Source: Monocercomonoides exilis PA203
Taxonomy: Eukaryota > Protista > Preaxostyla
DNA: 64,000 nt
Assembly (NCBI GenBank): GCA_001643675.2
Contig: LSRY02000057.1
Location: 310,001-374,000 of the forward strand
Reading direction: 5' to 3'
The notes under the pieces were generated by a model, which was not told the origin of the DNA, made no database searches, and was given only the letters and a program-made list of their open reading frames with translations. Position 1 is the stretch's first letter, and every line of letters starts with the position of its first letter. Positions 1 through 14,040 of this stretch are shown here, piece after piece. Both the position numbers and the translations under genes were made by a program.

Positions 1-3000
1 CTGGTGCTGCAACATTGGAAAACAAAGGTATTATTTGGCATTAACATTTTTTAATTAATTGTATTTATTTTGGTCAAGGAAACTTGAATGATGCACAATT
101 TATCTCTAAGACATATGGTTATTATTTATCTAAGCAGGGAAATACATCAGGAGCTAAAAGATTGCAATCAGGAATATCTGCAGTTGTTAATACATTTTTG
201 GCATTCCACAATTCTACAGTCTTACTCAAGAATTTGGCAATTGAACATTTATTTTCATCTTTCATGCATATTACAGATAAATCAACAATCACAATTGATT
301 CCTGCATTTCCCACAAAAAATCTGAATCTCCTTTTCATTTGCAAAGTGGGTCAATCAGCATGGTTAATTTGAGTTTGATCCCTCAAAAGAATCTGAACCC
401 TTCCAGTCTCATATTTTCATCTGATGATTCAAATATTGCTATTTTGAGAAATTCGATCATGATGGATCTGACTGTATCATCCTCAGACTATTTTCTGTTG
501 TCCGGAAAGAGCAAAAATGAACAAATTAATAACTGTGCCTTCTGCAATATTTCTGTCAAACAAATAAAGAACAGTGATTATCACATTGACCATTCGTGTT
601 TGTTGAGTTCAATGGAAAATAGTTTCATTTATTCGTGTGTGAATGCCTTTGAAGGAGGGATCTCAAGTGGATCTTATTCTTCACAGAAGTTTGTCTGCAG
701 AAACACATCAACAAGCTTCGGGAAAAGAGAAGCGAATGATCTCCAAAGAAAAGAAAAATTGGACACAACTAGCAGCCAATCCTTTTCATTGTGTGAATGG
801 GTTGATTGCACATCTCCACAAGGAGGTGCTCTTTATGTTCATGACAATGAAAATGCAATTCTCAGAGTTGAGAATTCATCATTCACAAGATGCAATGCTT
901 CCTCAACAAGAGGTGGAGGAATATATGTATTGAAAATTGCAGAATGTATTGTTCAGCACACTTTATTTGTCCAATGCACAGCAGCAGCAACCGAGGGATA
1001 TGGGGGTGGAGGAATAATGATCGAAAACGGTTTTGTTCAACCTATGGTTGATAATTGTTTTTTTTATAACTGTTCGTCGGGCAATGACGGTGGAGCAATA
1101 AATCTTCGTCCGACAATTGCTCAAAGGCAAAAGCGCTGTATTATCAATTCATATTTTGATAGCTGCAGATGCAATTCTTCAGTTGATGGCACAGGTGGTG
1201 CTATCGAACATTGGAACGGTATTGATAAAGTTATCATTTCGAATTGTTTCTTTTGTCATTGCTATTCGATGTGTGGAGGTGGTGCTGTATCGGAACTGAT
1301 TAATGATGTTAACAATGGAATTTTATTTTATTTTTGCTTTTTCCACAATAACACATGTGTAAATGGTGGACATGATATTTCTCTGTACGATTCTACTGAG
1401 AGTAATATTGACTCAAGTTGCTATTCAACAAGGAATTCATCAAATAGAGTCAGCACAAATCATCATTTTATTGCTGATCAAAGCAGTTGGCTTAGAAACG
1501 ATTTTGGAAGAATCAGATTTGTTTCTTCGACTGAAACGCAATCAAATGCCAAAGATACATTTGCATGTGGATTGGATGAAAGTCACCCATGCAACTCCAT
1601 CAGCCATTGTTTGAGTCAACTTATTCCAGACTTTGTAACCGATATTGAGATAATAACAGGAACGATTACAGAGAGTAGGAGCGTGGACTGCAGTTCCAAC
1701 ACTCACGCAATATATGGCCAGAGTGATTTGAGTTCAACGATACAAACAGATTTTAAAGAAACAAGTTTATCTCTTTTTTCAGTCTCTACAGGCACATTGA
1801 CTGTCAGAGACTTTATTCTTGTGCACGACTCGGCACATGCAAATAATCGTGCATCAAGTTTATTTGAGATTACTGGAACGGGAGAGATGCATATCAGCAG
1901 GATGAACATTTCTGCTGGAAGTGGAGAATCATCAGAAACAGCATTTTCGACAGAACTGATAAATGTTCAGAGTGGTATGTTGCAGATGGAAAATGTGAAC
2001 TGGGCAAAGACTATCTCCACAACTTCGTTGTTTTCGCTTTCTTCAACAAATGAAATATCATTGACACTTTCCGAATGCACCTTTAGTGGAATAGAAAGAA
2101 CAACAAGCGGAGCATCTGTGATGTCGTTTTCGAATGTCAAAGCCAACATTGATCTGAATTTGAGCACTTTTGAAGGATGTGGAAGCACATTATCAGAAAA
2201 TGGAGGATCAATGAAGCTATGTGTTGGGAATGAGAATGAAGTGAAAGTGAAAGGTGGTGATTTTGATGAATGCTATTGTTCAGCTTCCAATGGTCTTGGA
2301 GGAGGAATCCTTCTTCAATTGATGAATGAAAATCCAAATTTCCTGATTTCTTCTTCATTCGGATCAAACACAGCCAAATGGGGAAGAGATATTTTTGTCA
2401 TTTCACTAAATCTGGAAGTGACTGCAACTTCAAGAAAAATCACATGCGTGACAGCCTCTTTGGATTCCGTTGACAGAGCGAGGGGATATGACAATGGAAA
2501 CAACAGTGTGGCCATTCCTCTGTGCATTTATCTCCTTCCCACCCCAGAAGAAATCTTTGTGAGCAATATTGAGGTATCCAATCATTCGCACTGTGGAATT
2601 GTCCAATTCCCTTGTTTAACAATGAAACATTCACTCACAAGACAAACAGGAACAAAGAAAATTATTGTGAATGGAATGATTTTGATGAGCGATGAATTGG
2701 ACTTTACTGATCAAAAGCATGAAATCCGAGGAAATGATGAGCAGAGTGGTTGGACAGTCTCTGAAACAAGTGAAACATCCAATTTATCGATGATAACAGC
2801 AAATGTTGAAACATTCTTGTCAAAGCTCATCGTCTCTATTCCTCCGTCTCTTTCACATTCAACTTTTATTTCTTCATCTTCACAACTGACTTTGTCTCAT
2901 TGCTCTATTTCTCTTCAAAATTCTTTATTTGAATTGACATTTCTGTTCTTATCTGTTGAATCAGGGATCTTAAATGTTGATTCGTTCACTGCTTCATCAA

Positions 3001-6000
3001 TCACTTTGAGTGGAAATCCATTGATCTCTTTGTGTGGAAGCAGCATAAATTCGGAGTTGATGAACACTCTGTGGTTGAACATGATGAATTGCACTTTCAC
3101 AGAAATTGAAAGAGCAGAAGGAAGTGGAGGCTGCGTGAGCATTGACAACAGCGATGATGAAAATTCAAATGGTGAAATAAATATTGAAGAATGTGTATTT
3201 GATGGATGCTCTGTGTTGGAAGATGAAAGCAGAGGAGGCGCAATCAACGCCCTGTTGAAAGGGAATACTCAATTGAACATTATTTCATGCACATTCACAG
3301 AATGCACAGCACCAACTGGAGAAGAAGACAAGACAGGCTTTGGGGGAGGAATGACACTGAAGTTGATTGATGATCATTCTTCATTTGTGATCTCATCCCC
3401 TGTTTTTGAGGCGGACAAGCCAAATGTTGCGAAATATGGAAATGACCTGTTTGTCGAATCATCCAACTTGACAAAGAGCATATCAAACACTTCACTTCCA
3501 TTTGTATCTGGGTATCTGGATGGTATTTCGTTAGATTCGATGAGAGGGTTTGATGGAGACGACACAACAAGTGCTATTCCATTGGTCTATTTCTGGAGAG
3601 CATTTGGTTCAGAGATATTTATCAGAGATGATGGAAAAGATGTTTGCACTTGCGGGTTCTCAGATTATCCTTGTTTATCAATTGATTATTCATTGGATCG
3701 ATTGCCTGAGGGAAATGAAAAGAATATTAACATCATTGGAAAAGCGATTCTTCAGAACTGTGTTGATCTTGGTGGAATTTCAATAAAACCAGATGATAAC
3801 AATAAGTGTGTTTTGGAATGTCACTCTTCGCTCGAAGGAGCAGAGGATGCAGCAATGAAGATTTCTGGAATTACCGATTTCGAGCTGATTGACTTTATTG
3901 TTCCATCATCATTTACAGGTGGAGTCAGTTATTTGATGTATGTTGGATCAAGTGAAGGATTGTTGACACTGAAAGACTGCTTATTCACAAAAAATGAAGA
4001 AAGCAGAGGAAAAATTACAAATTTTGGGCTGATCAAAGTAGATGGGGGCACAGTTGTATTGGAATTTGTATCAATGCAATCACTCTGCTTTTCAAAAGAT
4101 ATTATTTCTGTGCTATCAACTTCGAGTTTGAACATGAAAAATCTAACGATGAAGAATATTCAGCTTGAAGGAGCAAGCGGATTGAGCATTTCAAAGAGTT
4201 CAAGAAGAGAGAGAAATGAAGAGGAACAAGATGTTGTTATTGAGTGGAGTTCATTCGAAGAAGTCACCCAGAATGCGACTGATGATATTCCAGTCATTCG
4301 AAATGTGAATAATGATGAGCCATTGAAAATGGTAATACGAAACACAACGATGAAGAAGTGTGGTGGAACGAGGTGTGGAAAGGGAGGAGGGATGTTTTCT
4401 GTGTTGAATGAGGGAGGATGTTTTGACTGCTCATTTTGCACGATTTCCGAGTGCTTCTGCTCAACCACAGGAAGAGGTGGGTGGCTGTTTCTGGAATGCA
4501 CCTCAGCAGCTGAGCAGCTTCTGAATTTTGTGTTGTCAAATATCACGTTCAGAGACAACTCTGCATTCAGAGGAAGAGATGTGTATGTGAGATGCCACTC
4601 AATCGAAACACAGATAGTTGATGAGCAGTTCTTATTGGATTTCAGAGTGCCGTTTGTGAAGGAGCTTGCAATATGGGGCTGCACAACAGATTCTTTTGAA
4701 AGAGAAGAAGATCTTCTACTGAGGGTTGTGAAATACCAGAGTGAGACGATATTTGTGTCTTCAGCAACAGGCAACCACGGAGACAGCAAGCAATGTGGAG
4801 AGTTCAGTATGCCTTGTGAGTCGTTGAATCAGGGAGTGCAACACATCATTCCTTCATCGTATTCTCAGCTGTTGGTATCAGAGGAAACAGTCACGAACGG
4901 GGAATGCGAAGCAAAGGATGTGATTATCCACTCGTTGCAATCTCAGTCAGCTGCTTCGGTGCATCTGAACTCAACAATTAATATCAATGAGGGAAATCTC
5001 ATCACAACATCAGAGAATGTTCGGTTTGAGAGATTGAAATTCAACTTTGGTCAGTCGTTTTCTTATTCTGGAAGTTCAGTCATTCATGAAGCAAGTGGAC
5101 AGCTTTCTCTTTCATTTGTTGATTTCTCTTCTGATGGAGGGTCAAGCAACAATCAGCCTGTTGTTTTTCTTAATTCAACATTGCTGAGCATTGGAAATGG
5201 AATTCTTCATGTTGACAACTGTTCAATATCAATGCTTTCGTTCAAGAAGCCTTCATTTATGCTTTGTGGAGATGAGATATCATTGACAAATGTGAAAATG
5301 GATAATTTTGAAGCAATGGGGAATGTGTTTGTGATTGATGGATGCAAAAAAGTTGTGTTCAATGGAATTGATGCAGATGGAGTGAAATTGTCCGATGGCT
5401 GCATCTTTTCAATAAATGATTCAACTTCAGGAACAATTTCCATTGGAGGCTCCATATTCAACAACTGTTCAAGAAATTCAGAAGATGCTTCTGTTCTCTC
5501 GGCTTCTTCAACTTCTGCTCAAATAACTCTTTCTAATTGCTCGTGTTCAAACTGTAGTTCCATATCTGGCAAAGGGAGTGTTATGGAGATTGGAAATGCG
5601 AGGGATGCTTCGATGGATTTGTGCAGATTTATTGGAGTGCTTGTAAAAGAAAGTGAGAATGAGAGAAACAGCGATTTTGAAGAAATATGCAAATGGAATG
5701 GATCGCTTGTCTATTCGGCGAATTCTTCATTGGTGATGAAATATGTGACAATTTCGAATGCTTCATCGGGTGGATTGTCAGTGTCTGCAGGCGATGTGAC
5801 AATTGAGAAAGGAGAGTTTTTGAACAACAATCCATTCATTGAAAAATATCCATCAGTGAGAAGAAACATCATTTGCTCTGATTCTGCCTCATTGACCATT
5901 TCCAGCTTGAAAGGGGGAGATGGGGTAAAGGATAATTCTTCTCTTTGGATTCTGGATGATGGATGTGATTTGGGAGGGATAGCAGCAGAAAGGTCATCTC

Positions 6001-7691
6001 CTTTCTTCATTCCCAAATTGGAAGAGGTATCAATCAGTGAAAATGACAGAGATGTTGTAGTGAAATTCGAGGGATCACTTTTTGTGCCTTGTGACTTGTC
6101 ATTCAGACTTGTGTATAAAACAGGAGATGTGGAGTTGGTTGAGACATATCAGTTTGAGGAAGATGGGTTTGAATCGGAAACTGAAGTGATTGGAACAATC
6201 ACATCAAAAAATATTTCAAAGGTTGCAGATGAAACAGAGGTGTTTGTGACGATTCTGTTTGGAAAACAATTGGCTGCAACTTCTCCACAGATACTGAAGA
6301 ACAAAACAGAATCAAAGTCAAAAGGAGATGATAACGTGGCTGAAGGAGGAAAAGAAGGTAAATCGTATTGGTTGTTGATAGTGATCTTCATGGCATTTAT
6401 TCTTCTTATCATTCTGATTATTGCAGTTATTTCAACAATCAGATGGAGAAAGGCAAAGAATGAGAATAAAGATCTGAGAGAGATTGTGAATGATACAGTG
6501 AAGAAAGATCCAAAACTGATTGAGATGGTGACGATGGAGATGTCTCCTGAGGAGCAGTGGAGGAGAGCTGAAAGAGAGGCAGAGAAGAAGAATGAAGAGA
6601 GGATGAAGAAGAGGGTGTATGATACGAATATGCAACATTCTGAGTCTTCAGAGCATCTTCTCTCTGAGAGTGGATCGACCGAATACATATTGGGAAAAGA
6701 TTCAGACAAGATTCCAGATTGGATACTGGAGAAGGTTGATGATGAGGAAAAGATAAGGAAGAGAACACCATCTCCATCAATTTCTTCTACTTGTTCAACT
6801 GATTCAGATTCAACATTTGTTCGAGGAGAAGATCTGTGTCCAACAACTTCATCGATGTCGAATCTGGTGGATGCAATGGCCTGTTCATCACCACATGAGA
6901 AGCTGATTGTGGATCTGAGGGATTCACTGTTCATGCTGCTGCATGGGAAAAATGAGAAAAAAGAGATGGAGATTGGAAGTCTTCAAGAGAGAGAAATGAC
7001 AGCTGCCCAGATCCTGTTCTGGGTGACTAATCTCGCCCTCCACTCCTTTGATGAAATGGAAAATTCTCTTCAGTCACTTGCCAATCTCAGTCCTCATATT
7101 GTTCTTTTCTCCGAACACATGGTCATCTGCATTGTGATGCATTCAGACTTATTGTCCGATGATAGTTCAGATTCATCATCCATCTCTTCATCAACAGTTG
7201 TGACATCTACCAGTGGCAATGATGACGAAGACTCTCTGCCCTCATCCGCCTTTGAGGATGAAGATGATTTCAAAAAAGAGTGCATGAGGTGGAAGGCACC
7301 AGAACTGCTGGTGAACAAGAAGATGGGAGCAACAAAGGAATCTGTGGCGTTTTCGATTGGGATGATGTTGTGGGAGTGCTTGACCCTTCAAATCCCGTTT
7401 GGGGGGTATGAGGCAGAGGTGGCTGGGCAGAAGATAGTGAATGGGGAGAGACCGAATTTCGAAAGCATCAGCACATCCTCGATGGAGAATATTGCCAAGT
7501 GTTGTTTGTCAGGGTGTGCCTCACAGCGACTGACTTTGGCTTTGTTGAAGCGCGAGTTCATCCAGCGCTTCCCACCAGATGCTGCTGTGCTCACAATGAC
7601 AGATGCTGTTGAATGCTACAGTGGGTGTGATGGGGAGAGTGAGCGACGCAGAGACTCAGGAAGCAGAGGGGAACAGGAAAGCATGAGCTAG
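1..7691 (+). CDS. Large single-pass membrane protein: repeated beta-helix/Pmp-like ectodomain, TM helix, degenerate TKL-like kinase domain; 5' end lies upstream of the window
   Basis: 2535-aa ORF 84..7691. A GT-AG intron at 28..78 joins it in frame to an upstream exon (..GAATLENK/GNLNDAQ..). Many GGA(I/L)/FxxC motifs; four 'F(V/I)...CG....PC' modules; TM 'YWLLIVIFMAFILLIILIIAVISTI' followed by RWRK; kinase C-lobe motifs 'RWKAPELL' and 'AFSIGMMLWECLTLQIPF', with no HRD or DFG. Confidence 0.85.
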
Positions 7692-9549
7692 TGGTGAAAA
7701 TAGCGGTGATCATTAGCTTTGTCTTTTCTTCACCCTTTTCACATTGCATTTGAGAAGAAAGATAATGATATCAATATATTTCTCTACACTCTTGTATTCT
7801 TCAAACAAACTGTTCAGCTGTTCAGATGTTGAGTCAATTGTCTCTTTGAAGGAGCATCCGGTCAAAAACTCACTTAATCACTCACGTTGGCAAATTGAAG
7901 CCATGATATTTCTCATTCAAAGAGCGATGTTTGATTGTTATTGATGAATAAATTAACATTTTTGGAGACTTGCGAAAAAATGAAGTTCAACGGGCTTTAT
8001 GAACACAACTAGCATTGAGGTGAAAGAAGAATTCTTATTGTTTGTTTTTTGTGTGGTAGAAGATTGAATTTTTGAGTTTTCAGCTGGCTCCGTCATTTGC
8101 ACATGATTTTCAATGCAGGTGATTGGATCTTTGCTGTTTTTTTGGAAAATACTTCCTTGAAGAAACTGCCATTTGAGGATTATTTCACAAGCTGCCACAT
8201 TTTTGCTTTTCTTTCAAACAAAAGAATTCTATTGATGATAAAGATATTTTGTGTTTGTTTGACCAATATCGATTTTGAAGTGGAGTATTTTCAGTTGTTT
8301 TCTTTGAACTTGTTTTTCATTTTTGCATTTGCAACTCTGACTTTTTTTAGATTCAGTTGCTTTATTCGGTGACAAATTTAGTTGTAATCGTTATCTTTAA
8401 TTTTTTTTATTTCTTTCACCATTTGCTTTTGTTCTTTTTTGTTCAAAGAATGATCTTCGAAATGGCTTTCATCTGCTTTTGTTTTCGTTCTTTGTTTTTT
8501 GAGACAGAAAACCTTTTTTCATTATTTATTGTTCATCACATGTGTATCCATTCCTGTAACTCCTTCAATAATTGTAACTCAATTCTTTTTTGTTTCATAC
8601 TCATTTTATTTTTGTATCATCCACTTTGTTTTTGGAAAATGAATTATCATTTTTCCACATTTCACAACAAATGATGAAGCATTTCGTTTAATGATTTAAC
8701 AAGAATATTTCAACGAACAGACAGATTCTGATAATATTCATAAGATCTGAGAAACAAATGATTATCATTATATCCTCAGACATCTGTTCAGTGACAATCC
8801 AAAGAATCATCCAATGAAATCCCATATTGACTTTACGCCTGAAAAGCGAAAAATGAGACAATGAATATTTTGAAGTTTTTGATGTTATTCAGTTGTTTTT
8901 TGGCTTTTTGATGGATAAAGATAAACAAGTTGGTTATGGTCTTATTTCGAAATTTCATTCACCAAAAATTGTACTGTTTTGTTTAAAAAAAGCAATTTAA
9001 AATCGAAAAATTGTAAATTTTATTCAAGAAGAAAACAATTTGTGTTTTGGTCTTCAGATTCTCATAATTTAATGCGATCATTATTGAGTCAAATTTTTTC
9101 TGTTTCAACGTTCTGTTTAAGAATTCACTTTCATTTAGTGTGATTTATTTATCCGGGCATTTTATTTTTTTGTTGATAGAAAAATGAATATTTTCCCACA
9201 AATTACATGTTGAAATTTTAAAAAAAATGCAACAATCAATAGGAAATATTGCCCATTAATTCACTCTTTAGAATTTTTCTGGGATTTCTTCGTTCATTAT
9301 CATCTTCAAAATCATCATCTTTAAAAATTTGAGATTTGGATATTTTTCTGTTTTTCGGTTTCTCTTCAGTGAATAAATCTTTTTTAATTTTTTCTTCCTA
9401 AAAATTATCGTATTTTTGTTAGTTTTTCTTTTTTTTAAACATTTTATTAATTCATCTGAAAATGCTCATCAAAAATTATTTCCCCCATGGAAAGTGAACC
9501 TAGGGATTTTTTTTTCAGTTGAACAAAGGAGTGTCAGGTGACTTCACTA

Positions 9550-10619
9550 ATACAGAATTGGATTGTCAAGACAGTACGCCGCTCTTTTCAAATGCAGAAT
9601 GAATTGTCGAAGGAAGTTAAGTAGTTTGCAAAGCCTGTGGCAAGGCATTTGCAATTGATTTTCGTCGAAGTGAGATCGAAGAAGATGATGGAATGACATT
9701 GTTTGATTAGAAACATTTTTTGAACTCAGCAAAAACTCCGCAGTCAAGTGGATGTTGAAAATGAGTGCTGTTTTCAATAAATGCAACTATGTCAATTGAT
9801 GCATCTGCAAATTTTTGCAACAGATCTGGCTGTGCTCTTGAAGGATGAGTATGCAAGAGAAGCAAGCATCTATCTTCGTTTATTTACTGCAATTTTCATC
9901 TTTGGACAATTCCAGACAGTAGAATCTCTTCAGCATAGCGAGCAAGCAATGCATCAGTCATCCATCCATCATTGCCTGCCCAGGCGTGAAGATGCTGGCT
10001 GAGCAAGACCTTCATTTCTTGTGGTAGTCTTTTGGAAGGACAAAGATCAAGGCTTGGTAGAGAATAACCATCAGCTGCAACTGCTATAACATGAGTGAAG
10101 CTTGGAATGTTAAATGGAGCTTTTGATAACAAACTGGAACGCCTGAAGGATGAACGGTAAGATTTTTAATAGAGAAAAAGTGGCAAAAAGAGGATCCGTA
10201 GGTTTTGAAGATGAGTGAAGAAGTGTGCTTGTAAAAGTCATTAAGTGATTGAAGAAGTGAGAAGAAAGGTTGAAGAAACTGTTTGTTTGATACCGATAAT
10301 TGTTGAATATAAACTTTATGAGGAATCGATATTTTGAGATCTGGATTTCGTTCAATAAACGAATATTGAGTTTAATCTGTAATTTTGACTTCCTGATTTT
10401 TTTCTTCTCCATTTCTAATTTTTCTATCAGTCAGAACAGATTCCATCTTTTATTGTTTTTGGTTATTAGTATTTATAAGAATGGTAATAATGATACAAAC
10501 CAATCTTTTTGTTTGAGTAACAGTATAACTTGCTCCTGACAAACATTCAATTCTGATGACTCTTGCAATCACTTATTATTTTCTTTTGTTAACAGCTCTG
10601 AACGACCAACTTTTTTCAT
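9550..10619 (-). mobile_element. Decayed pogo-like (DDE_1 / Tc1-mariner superfamily) transposase pseudogene
   Basis: Minus-strand fragments in the expected order, broken by stops and frameshifts: 'MKKVGRSELLTKE' (10619), 'THVIAVAADGYSLP...GNDGWMTDALL', 'CLLLLHTHPSR...IDIVAFIENSTHFQHPLDCGVFAEFKK', 'IHSAFEKSG'. These match the DDE_1 consensus GWM / LLxDxHxS / xPLDxxVF motifs. Confidence 0.8.
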
Positions 10620-12099
10620 AAATGTTATTTTTTTTTCGAGATATGTCTATATTTTTATGAAAAGTGACATCATATCAGAAAACTGACATATGGAAGTTAG
10701 TTCAAAACCACTTCGTTTCCATTATTCTTATGAAAAATGAAATAATTCACTTATTTGTTTACCCTGTGTGACGAAATGACTTCTTACTCGAAATTTTTCT
10801 TTTCTGACGGACTTAACGAAAATTTTAACGTCAGTAGTCAATTATTGATATTTCAGAAGCAATTAAACAAAAAGGAATTGTCAACTTTATGCATTTCATT
10901 TTCATATTATTTTTTTGCATTTTTTAAAATTCACTCTCACATTGTTTTATTTTTTTATTCAAAATTCAAAAAAAAAATATATTTTTTATATCAATGGGAT
11001 ACTGACGAAAAGGCAAAAAAGGTATTTCAGATCGTCATTGACGGTCATGCCTGTTATGCCAAGTCATAGTCTCCATGACTTAATCAAAAAAGCAAATTTT
11101 TTCTCTTTGGTAAAAGAGTTGCATTTATCTTTGTTTCCAATCAAATGGTTTGAGATATAAAGAATATTTTGAGCTTTTATCAAGATAATATTGCAGAAAT
11201 CAAAATAGATTGTCTATTACGAAGAACAAAAGAAGAAAAATATAACAACAAAAAAATCGATGATTCAATCAGCTCGAAGTTTCATTAATAAATGGTTTGT
11301 TTGTTCAAATGAAGTGATTTACACGAACTGGTTTTTAGAAGTTAATAAAGAACATCATATTACGCATTTCATGTCTTCAGAAAATTCGCTCCTCGTTGTT
11401 TGTTTTCGTCTCTTCGTTTCATAAGCAAATATATTGAAGATTCAACTTCGACAAACTAATCTTCATGGAATATTGATTTCGAATTTTTCGTTCAACCATT
11501 TCTTCTAACAGTGCAAATAAGCATTTATTTATTTCATCAACAGACATGAAACACCAATCTTCTTCATCTTTGTCATCCGAAAAAATGGTCATTATATCTC
11601 TAAAATTCCAGCTGAACAACCGACTTATGAATTTTTCACTGAATGCAATTTGACAGAAGCAATTTCTTTGAATGATGCTAATGCTCATAAAAATGTTGTT
11701 GAAAATAATGAAATGGAAAAATTGAAATTTATCGAACATTTTTTTGAAGCGCACGAATCGAATGGAGATTAGCAATATGTGCCTTCATAGCTTTCTGGAG
11801 CTTTTTCTCTCTTTGCATGGCAGCAAGTTAGGTTTATATGATCACTTGAATGCATCAAATATATGAAGATGAAAGGCACTGAATGATTGTTGGCTGTTGA
11901 TTAATAGAAGATAATAACATTTTTTATAAAATATTTAAACCATGCACTTGATAATTATAATTCTTTGAACCATATAACATCATATCGAAAGAAAATATTA
12001 TTACAAATAATTAGAGACTGTTTATTTTTGTTGCTATTCAGATAAAACGAAATGAATAAAGAATTAACCTCAAAAATTGTTAAATAAACAATATGTTCA

Positions 12100-13560
12100 C
12101 CAAGTGGCTTTTGTTAACAACGAAATCGCAGAGAGTTGGAGAAGTTGAGGGTGAGAGAGTTTGTGAAGAAAGTGAGGTGGAAGATGCTTTGGCTGTTGAG
12201 GGCGAGACTGGTGATTGCTGTGTGATTGAGAGCGAGGGAGCCAGCAGTGAGGAAGAAGAGGGGAGTTTTTATTGTTATGGAGGTTGTTCCGGTGATGGTG
12301 GTTGTGTTGAGTTTGAGGGAAGGGTAGTTTTCGGAGAGGTGAAAGAGGATGGGGGTGATTTGATTTGTGGAGTTGTGGACGATGGAGAGGGCAGGGACTG
12401 TGAGAGAGCCCTGTGTTTGCTGGAAGAGGGCAGACGAGGCAGACGGATCTGGTGAAGATGATGATGAGGGAGAGGAAGAAGTTATTGGCTGAGGAATGCA
12501 AATGGATGCGATAGTGTTGGAAGTTGTTCCATTTACTGCAATTTTAGTATTTGTGAAATAGATCGTGAGAGTCTGAGCTGGAGTGAAAGTTGAGAGGAAG
12601 ATAGAAAGGGAGGCGATTTAGAGGTGGATGAAGCCGTTGAGGGCATCCTCTATTATGGCGCATGGCATTTGCTGTGTTTTTCCACAGCCTCCAGCATCTG
12701 TTCCGCCGTTGCTAACTAATTTGTTCGAAGGGATAAGAAGAAGCCAACTGTTGCACACATCGTTCGTTGCTGTTCCTGCATTCCATTCTCTGTTTGTCGG
12801 TGTTGTTGAAATACACTTTCTGAATGGAGATTGAGTGATGTTGCATTCATTGAAAAACACATCAATCCCCCTTCCATTTTTTGCAGAGTTTCCATCAAAG
12901 AAACAGAATGTGATGAATTCCATTTCATTCATCCAAGAGTGAGTTCTATCAAAGAATATTCCTACTGCACCTTAAGTGGAAGAAGAGTTCTATTAACAAT
13001 TTATAAACTGGCAATTATTTACCAAAAATTGGCTCGGTTTGTTGATTGAATGATAATGAAATGTGAGAGAACAAGCTGAGTCTCCATCAGAATTTGAAAT
13101 ACACTTTCATTTTGTGAATAAGAATTGATCGTTTGAAGAAAAATCACCAATATAAAAGAACCATGCAGTTCCAATTGTGCTTATGATTTTCAACTTTCCA
13201 CTCTATCATCTGAAAATGAAAAAAACGGAAGATGATTGCCGACCATCCATATCAATTGCTCTTCCATTTTGTGCTGAACAGTTTGTGAAATTGGATTTTG
13301 CAATATTCTCATTCTGGAAACTGTTACTATATTAAACTCCACCATTTGTTCCATCTGTGGAACATTTGTTGAACGAGCAAGATGTGATTGAGAGATTTGC
13401 ATTCAAGTTAGCAACATAAAGTGTTCCGCCCCAATCACTTCCGCGATATGAGTCGTTTCATTCACACTATTCAAAGAGATTGCCATTCAAGTCAGAAAAA
13501 GACAATCGACTTAATTTCTCTCTGTGAATTTCAGTTCCTCCATACACGATATGAGCATAT
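12100..13560 (-). pseudogene. Pseudogene fragment of the beta-helix surface-protein family (same type as the gene at 1..7691)
   Basis: Interrupted translation 'LFE*CE*...WGGTLYVANLNANLSITSCSFNKCSTDGTNGG', 'FCFFDGNSAKNGRGIDVFF', 'DAGGCGKTQQMPCAII' parallels the intact gene's 'FSLCEW..GGALYV', 'FCFFHNN..GHDI' and 'CG....PC' modules. Multiple stops. Confidence 0.8.
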
Positions 13561-13770
13561 TGTGAAGAGTTTGTTTGAAACATGAAGTTTTTTGTTCCGA
13601 AAAGAATGAAGAATCGATTAAGATGTGTGTGATCTCTTTCATAAATGCATTTCTATTGAATACGAAATTGAAATCGATAAATGGGACATGTGAAAAAAAA
13701 ATATAAAAACTGCAAACTTTTATAAATAATATTCAAAAAATCTCAATTATTTATAAAAAGCAAGCACATA

Positions 13771-14040
13771 TGGGGGAAAATACGAACTTTCAAGCTTTTT
13801 ATGCACAATGCACAAAACAATTGCTTCACTCATAACTTTATAGCGCTTTTTCAGATTTCAAAATTATTTTGATTTTCATATCTGTAAACAAGCATCATTG
13901 ATATTATAACAAAATGTGTTGTGAACTCACACGTAATTCAAAAGTTGTTCTTATTTTCAATAAATTTTTGTATCACAAAAAGAAAATCAAAAGTGCATAA
14001 TTTTTCAATGAAAAAGCTTGAAGTCTCATATTTTCCCCCA
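13771..14040. mobile_element. MITE-like non-autonomous DNA transposon (270 bp) with ~30-bp imperfect terminal inverted repeats
   Basis: Left end TGGGGGAAAATACGAACTTTCAAGCTTTTT (13771-13800); right end reverse-complemented TGGGGGAAAATATGAGACTTCAAGCTTTTT (14011-14040). TA flanks both sides (13769-70 and 14041-42). No coding capacity. Confidence 0.75.

Noticed and set aside
11280-11900. 118-aa minus-strand ORF 11419-11775 and the coding-like stretch at 7950-8700
   Set aside because: Non-ATG or compositionally intergenic, with no recognisable domain. They may be decayed repeats, but this is not supportable from the sequence alone.
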